A program made the position numbers and the translations under genes. The notes beneath the pieces are model-generated. The model worked only from the letters and a program-made list of their open reading frames with translations. It searched no databases and was not told the DNA's origin. A DNA stretch of 58,027 nucleotides, the filler included, from Sphacelaria rigidula (Eukaryota): assembly GCA_964200075.2 (NCBI GenBank). It is 4 parts of 4 records of this genome, joined end to end, with 100 filler letters (N's around TTAATTAATTAA, not from the genome) between each part and the next. Parts side by side here need not be neighbours in the genome. Positions count along the whole stretch, not along the records: positions 43,598 to 58,027 come from CAXNAA020002251.1; 3 more parts are not named here. One strand, given 5' to 3'. This document shows positions 51,450 to 58,027 of this stretch, piece after piece. Position 1 is the stretch's first letter, and each line of letters begins with the position of its first letter.

Positions 51450-51956
51450 GTGGTAGAAGCGACAACATGTCGGCGTTTGCGTTAGCACACCCTGGCTTGT
51501 ACTTGATTTCGTATGTGCACGCACTGAGGAAGTCGTGCCAACGCTGAACTCGCGGAACCTTTTTTGCTAAGCTCAGTGAATTTCTCAACGGTTGGTGATC
51601 AGTATAAATCTCAGACGGCACACATATGAACCATGTGAAAGTGTCCTCTCCTTTTTGACGGCCCATACCATAGCCGCTGCTTCTAATTCGGACACATTCC
51701 AATTTTTCTCGTTGGGTAGTGTTCCTCTACTTCGAAAAACTAGAGGACGAACCGTATTATCCTCTTGACGTTGTTCCACCATCGCGCCCAAACCATCCAG
51801 TGATGCATCCGTGGTGAGCATTAATGGTCGTTTCCCCGAAACTGCATCTTCATATTTCGGAAATGCTGGAACATTCGCACCTGTCAAGGATGATAGCATT
51901 TCCTTGGCGATAAATTCATGCTCCTGAGTAAACTCGAAACAAACCCCCTTCTTCAA
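51450..51956 (-). pseudogene. Gypsy RNase H, disrupted
   Basis: LTTDASLDGLGA, SELEAAAMVWAV, IYTDHQPL, RVQRW, YKPGCANANADMLS. Confidence 0.9.
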
Positions 51957-52800
51957 CTACTGCTTCAGAGGTTTGAGTCTTGCAGACACACGCGGAATGA
52001 ATTCCCGGCAGTACCCCAAACCTCCCAACAACGATCTGAGCTGAGATACATCAGACGGCATTGGCATCTTGTTGGGAGCCTGTACCTTTTCCTGATCCGG
52101 GGAAATCCCATCAGCGGAGATGTGATGTCCTAAAATTTTAGTTTCTCTCCTCCCCACGTGTGCCTTTTTCGGTGCTAACTTGAAATTGTACTTGGGTCAG
52201 TCGTTGAAAAAGACCTTCCAAGTCCTCCACGTGTTGTCCCCCTGTTCCGCTGAAAGTACACACATGGTCAATATACAGGCGACATCGTGCTAAACCATCA
52301 CACATTCTTGTCATGATAGACTGGAACCAACCTGGACTTCCACTACATCCCATAGGCATGACCAACCATTCATGTAGACCACTCTGCGTGCAAATCGCCG
52401 TCAACGAAATGGGGTCCTGGTGTATAGCTACGTTGAAATACCCGGAGGTGATGTCCAAACATGAAAATATTTTGGCACCCCCCAGTTTTTTCAGGAGTTC
52501 CTCAATAAGTGGAATTGGTAACACCGGAATTATCGTACTGTCATTGAGCTTCTTGTAGTTGCACGTAATCCGAATGGCGCATCCGCTTTGTTCACTACTA
52601 CGAGCGGGCTACTCCAATTGGAATATGATCTCCTCAAAATGCCTGCTGCCAACATGCGATCGATTTCCACTTGTACTTGCTTTTGGACCGCCGTTTTACA
52701 GGCCTCGTTCCCGGTTCGAGTTCAATTTTGAACTGATCCACCGTGCAATACCCCAAATCCATTTTGTCCTTGGAAAATCGATGTGAATATTTACACAAGA
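51957..52800 (-). pseudogene. Gypsy reverse transcriptase, disrupted
   Basis: PIPLIEELLKKLGGAKIFSCLDITSGYF, EWLVMPMGCSGSPGWFQ, catalytic YIDD read as YIDH, ILGHHISADGISPD, LRSLLGGLGY; split across frames. Confidence 0.93.
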
Positions 52801-53553
52801 GTTCTCCCACATTCTTGATGCCATTAACCGTCCAATGCGCACCTTCTAACCCGAACTTTATTTTTCGCATATGTGTGGGAAGTTTCACCCACATATCCTT
52901 GAACGCTTGTTGTTGCTCACCGTCCAAGCCTGCTAAGACTGGAGATTCTTCTAAATGCTGGTCTTCTGTGAATACCTCCTCGGGTTCCGGCTCTGTTGTT
53001 TCAGATATTTTAACTTCCTCCAAAGAGGAGGGTACTAAAGGTGCACCAGAAAAACCTAGGGTGGTGTTCGGAGTCAACATCTGTCCTTCTAAACCGGTAT
53101 AACGGAGAGGGATGATTGATTCACCTGCTTCTACGATAGTCTCATGTGGGGACCAATCTGGATCCAGAGTTACAAAACAAGAGCCACCCTCACGAGGTGT
53201 TCCGTCCATGTCACAGCGTTTGACAGGAAACCATGACAATGTATCAGATCGTATCAGATCATGAGATCCTTTATACACTACTATAACTTGAGCTGTCGAC
53301 GGTTTCGGTTCAACAAAGCCAACAGTACTGCAGACTTGTTGCGCAAACGCACGGTCAACAGATTCGATGTTATTTGCTTGCAAGGTCATGACTGTTTCTC
53401 GTTGGTTTACATCACGATACGTTCTGACCGGAAATAAACCTAGGCCATCACGTCCTACTAGAGCGTCATCGTTCATGGTTCCATCAGGTACACATGGGCG
53501 TAAATTGTCAAACATACTCGTCCGGTTTGAACTGACATTCGTGGGTTGGGTCT

Positions 53554-53853
53554 TCAAGCCCACAGTCGAATATTCAACCACACCTGTGAAGACGTACACA
53601 ACGGAACACCTTTTAAACCACCCCAAGATACAGGGTCTATCTCCCGGGTACGTTCGATGGTAGCCGCCCCGACATCAACCATTTTTCCCCATATTTTGTT
53701 ATGAATAAACGTCGCGGGACTCCCCGTGTCTACCAAAGCTTCAACCCCCAAGGTTCTAGTCGCCTTCGGGCCTGTGAGAACTTGTGCCCAGGTCGAACTT
53801 TTTTTGCGGTTTAAACTTACTTCCCCTCCCATCACTTGATGAATTTCTTCCAA
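53554..53853 (-). pseudogene. Retrotransposon aspartic protease fragment
   Basis: VEALVDTGSPATFI motif. Confidence 0.85.
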
Positions 53854-55199
53854 TTAAGGTCCTTTCCTTCCTCGCGCAACCTGACTAGATATCGTCGCTG
53901 GCACGCGGGCAGAAACTGGTTCTGTAGGCAAACGACTGCCAGTTTTCGGGTCCAGCGCGTAAATACTTTCAGCTGGTGTCCTGCTTGGGCCGTTACCTTT
54001 TTCTACGACTACCCTACGCACGACGCAGCACGAAAATTCAGCACTATCTTTTTGACATGAAGTATCTCGGGATGCCTCAGCGGTACTATCGGGGAAATCA
54101 ACAGTCATGTAATCCTGCACATCATTACCGTCATCAGCTGATCCACTTTCGTGCATGGTTGCCAGATCGAGAGTAGAACCAGCTACGCTTGGTCCTCCCT
54201 GACCTATCTTACTGTCGCCCCGAGTGTTGCGTTCTGATCAGCTAGGCACATCGGAGTCTCTACTTGAAGAGATTTTATTTCTGCCTGCTTGAATGCTACT
54301 TATAGTCGAACTGGTACGTTTGTGTTCATGTTGCCCAGTGGAAATTTCGGCGGGGCAATCCTTCCCTTCCCCTACCGGAGCATTTCTATTTTCCCGACTG
54401 TCACGGGCATTTTTACCGTGCACCGCGGGAGTTTTAGATTCAGTGGGAGAATTATCATTTCGTCCCAATAGGTGACTACTATCACTGTTCCTCCCGGTGC
54501 GGGCGGTTCTGCCTTGCATGGGGGAACTTTCGGCGGGAATATCCTGGCATGTGATCCCCGGTCCAAACGAGTAGCGAAATTTATCATCATTCTTGTCTCG
54601 ACCATGCAGAATTCTTGCCTCACTCTAGATGCTTCCTGGTTTTACTGGGTGCTCTGTACTATGTGACAGTACAATCACATCGGGTCCATCCATGACCCTA
54701 GCGGCGACCGAAGGCTCAACTGATACAACTCGGCTGCATGCGTTTGCACTCGATGTTTTACTTTCACATAAAATATCGTTTAGAATTGGCGCGCAACGAG
54801 GGGAGCTACCCCTACTCGACACACTATTTCGACAGCCAGACTGGATGTCACGCAAGATTTCAACACTGAGGCACTACTTGCACCCGTCTGCAATAACTTG
54901 CCTACAGACTGGTTGGCATTTTTATCTGTACAGGGTTGTGATTCCTTTCAAACCTTCAAAATACCATTACGGGGATGATCTGTCACCGTGCTGGGTTCCA
55001 ACGTTTCAACGGAATCACACCGCTTACCCTTTTGAAACGGATCTCCCCCGTTCCCCCAACTAGTTTTCTTCCCGTGCGTGGCTAAGCTAGTTGGACCGTG
55101 TGGACTAAACGCAGTACCGCTACTTGTACTTGCACTATCTGCGAGAGGGTCAGGTCCTCCAGTTAATATAGCTGCTGTCAGTGAATCGGCCAACGCTTC

Positions 55200-57534
55200 A
55201 CCTTCGCATCCTCAATGACTGTTCCTATTACGATGGTAGTTACACAGTCTTCGCTGCCACTGTCGCCGTTTCCAATTTCATGGTGAATGGTCCCAGATTC
55301 ATTCAATAATTTCGTGTGGACATTCTCTAGCCAGGAGATGATCCTCGCTTCCATAGTTCAAAGGAAAAGGTTCATAAAAAGGAGGATCTTTACGCTTTTT
55401 CCCAAACCGCTGGTTTCTTTTCATACCAATGGAGTTGACGTACTGCATTTCAATGTCTTCCTCATCCTGCACTTCAGTGATCGCCATTACACCACCAAAT
55501 TTTCTGCTATGAAAGACTTCAGCGTGATGCCGAGCCCTAGCCGTTACTCCACCTACAAGCCCTAGTCCAAAACGGGAGGGTGCTACGAGCTGGGCTGGCC
55601 ATCAGTGATTTTCAAACGAAGAGTGGAGATGCGTTTGGCAAATCGAAGAGTTGGGCGCTGAAATTTCGACACAACATTTTCATCATCAATCCGCGCAACA
55701 CTCCGAGTGGTGCAGAAGAAAAAAAACAAGAAGTTAGAGCGAGTTGAAGTCTCAGCAAGATCAGGAAAAATGCCATAAATTCCTCAAAAAAATGTTTACA
55801 ACGATGACAACGCTGGGGTGCATACGAGCACTCGCATCACCCACATCTTTGTAAAGTTTCAGCCAAAAATACGTAAAATTGGGGTTCGCGTCGCACTTCT
55901 TGTGTGATCCCGGTGGTCAAACTGATACAAGCAGCCTCAAAACACACAGGTCATGAGTTCGAATCCCGGCATGACCACGTCTGTTTTGTTTGTTAACGGG
56001 CATGACCACATGCATGATGCCATGCAAATTCCCGTATCATCAGTTGCGGTACCCGCGTCCTACGATGCAGCCGTGCACGCGCTGTAGGAGCTGCATGGCG
56101 CTTTTGCTTCTACCAGTTCTCATGTCAAGCGCGGCCAACAACCTCTTATCGCAGAATGTGTCCATGTCTTTTGTAGGAGCATGAAACGGGGCGGAGACAG
56201 GTGCGATTTCGCTCGGCAAACGTGTTTTCTGTGATTTTGGGAGAACACTGTACAATCGTTTCAACACGACTGCAGCTTTCATCGCTCTGTTGAACCTGCC
56301 TTTCGGGAGTGGTCGCGCAGGTTTTCTGCTGTTAGACAGCGACATCGAGTTGTGTTGTAGAGGTTGCAGAACTCCTCGACTGCTTTCGCCTGCACATATC
56401 GGGTGTTCGCGTGCCTGTGCGGCGGAATTTACTATCGTAATTCCACTCCAGACACGTTATCGCACGGACAATTGGGACGTACTCGGTACTCAATGCAGTA
56501 CAAAAACATCATCGCCAAAAGTGCACCAATCGAGCAGCGGCGGTGCCCATGTTACCAGGTTAGTCTGCAGTTCACATCGATATTCTCAGGTCATGGTGAT
56601 TTGGGAAGAGTTGTGGTGACGACAGAGGATGCTGGCTTTATGGCCGGCCCAGCTCGTACAGCTACGGAGGTGTTCGTGTCAAAGTCCCTCAGTGCTGTCA
56701 TCATTTCGTGCAGGCACAGGCAGGGGTCGATGGTGTCTCCCCGCAGATGCTCGTGCACTGATATTGGGAAATTGATCATCAACACCGTTTTCACCGCCGA
56801 TTGAATTGAGCCACTGCCTGGGGCTTATTCCCGACCCACGCTCTGTACATTTGCTACCAGCAACCGGAATTCCGACAGGTAAGTCGCGAAAGTGGTTCCC
56901 GGTTCAACTGAGAAATTACCCAGGAACCCCATAACACCGGCCGGAGAGACCCTGCTAAGGGCTCTACTCATCATATGTAGTGCATGATCAAAAGTCTAGG
57001 CACCAGTCGATCGAGCATTTTGCATCTGAATCAATCGCCTGACCGACTATGTCAGCAATCTGGCTCCTCAAGGTAGACGCGGCCTGAGAGTACGGGCAAT
57101 TTTTATTCGAGCGGATAGCCCGCAGTAAGTGCTTTTGTAAGCACTTTTCCCAACCACGATGCCAGTATACAGGCTCAACATCTCCTACGATCACACGCTT
57201 GTCATGGATAGAGTTCACGCTTGTCATGGATAGAGTCACGCGAAACAGCACTAAAGGCGGCCAAATCAGCTACATCGTGATCAGGACTCAAGGACAACTT
57301 GGGTAGTTCGATCAAAATGGAGGTGTCCATCTTTGCATAGTCTCGCGCTATTTCAGCCGCCGTTTTTGCGGGCGTGGGTGCAGGAACATCGGACCTAGGC
57401 GCCAAAACACTTTGTGGTGGTACCGGGACACTCTGTACTGGTGTCGAAACATTGAGGTGACTACTTACAAGACGAGAAGGTTGTGGCCCCGTCGTCGCTT
57501 GTGGATTTGATACTCGAACCGCCGGTAGATCCAT
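55200..57534 (-). pseudogene. Putative gag-like ORF of the gypsy element, fragmented, with degenerate zinc-knuckle-like segment
   Basis: Lies upstream of the protease. ORFs 57202..57534 and 56988..57251 become one frame once a 22-nt duplication is removed. LNYGSEDHLLARECP near 55320-55370 resembles an eroded CCHC knuckle. Confidence 0.5.
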
Positions 57535-58027
57535 TGTACGGTGTACCTGAGTAATTTCGACTGCAGAAGGTGCGTCTGAGGATTGCAGATCTCCCTGCTT
57601 ACATGTATGGTTACCTCTGCGGTTCTACCTTCTCCCTGTTCTCCATCGTACCTCTTGTGATGGCCGCCCCGCGATGAAGACCGCCTCCCCCCTACCCAGA
57701 GAGCAAGATCCCTCTGACCACCCGCCGGAGCTCCCTCCCTCGAAGTCTCCTAACTGCCTTTTGCGCCCCAACAACGGGAAACTTTCAGCGTAAGATGTGT
57801 AGGCTTGGGCCCGTCATGCCTTTAGGCCTTGCTTTACGGAAGATAAGATGAGAGAGGGAGTAACGAAAAACCCACCGGGCGTCCGGGCATGCACGCTCTG
57901 TCTTCACGAAAAAAAATATGAGAAATTCCTCGTGTATTTCTGTATCAAAGCACAAACAACACAAAACACCCCCCCCCCCAAAAAAAAAAAAAAAAAAACC
58001 AACAGAAAAAAAACCAAGAAAAAGAAA

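Larger units (their letters stand above)
48211..57534 (-). mobile_element. Decayed Ty3/gypsy LTR retrotransposon internal region (gag-PR-RT-RH-IN-chromodomain)
   Basis: Domain order protease (ALVDTGS), RT, RNase H, integrase, chromo-like is diagnostic of Ty3/gypsy. Many frameshifts and stops, nested insertions; LTRs not identified. Confidence 0.92.

Noticed and set aside
27100-58027. 5' exons of the cathepsin (QxxPxYCGSCW)
   Set aside because: Not found by eye; sequence beyond 28967 belongs to other, unlinked pieces.

Overview
Eukaryotic, intron- and repeat-rich DNA, most consistent with a brown alga or other stramenopile. That taxon is inferred from GT-AG introns of 0.2-3 kb, TTAGGG-type repeats and the gene and transposon content. 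The window is not one locus. It is four pieces of 14,434, 14,433, 14,430 and 14,430 bp, in descending size, joined by identical 100-nt spacers (N44-TTAATTAATTAA-N44), so nothing can be inferred across the spacers. Piece 1 (1-14434) carries a phase-consistent gene of at least 13 exons on the + strand. It encodes N-terminal SDS22-type LRRs with an LRRcap, a ~700-aa disordered linker and a CCHCR1/HCR-like coiled coil with an embedded EF-hand-like motif. Piece 2 (14535-28967) carries the 3' exons of a cathepsin Z/X-like C1A protease on the - strand, with a probable extra His-rich terminal exon. Its introns are packed with MITEs, SINE-like repeats and hairpins. Piece 3 (29068-43497) is almost all repeats: an RTE-type LINE fragment, a SINE fragment, MITEs and minisatellites. 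Piece 4 (43598-58027) holds the C-terminal part of an Academ-like (XPG-like plus Cys8) transposon ORF and a decayed chromodomain-bearing Ty3/gypsy element. The most distinctive signal is a small non-autonomous element family found in three of the four pieces. It has 8-bp target duplications, asymmetric outer ends, copy-specific subterminal inverted repeats and an internal telomere-like (CCCTAA)n tract.
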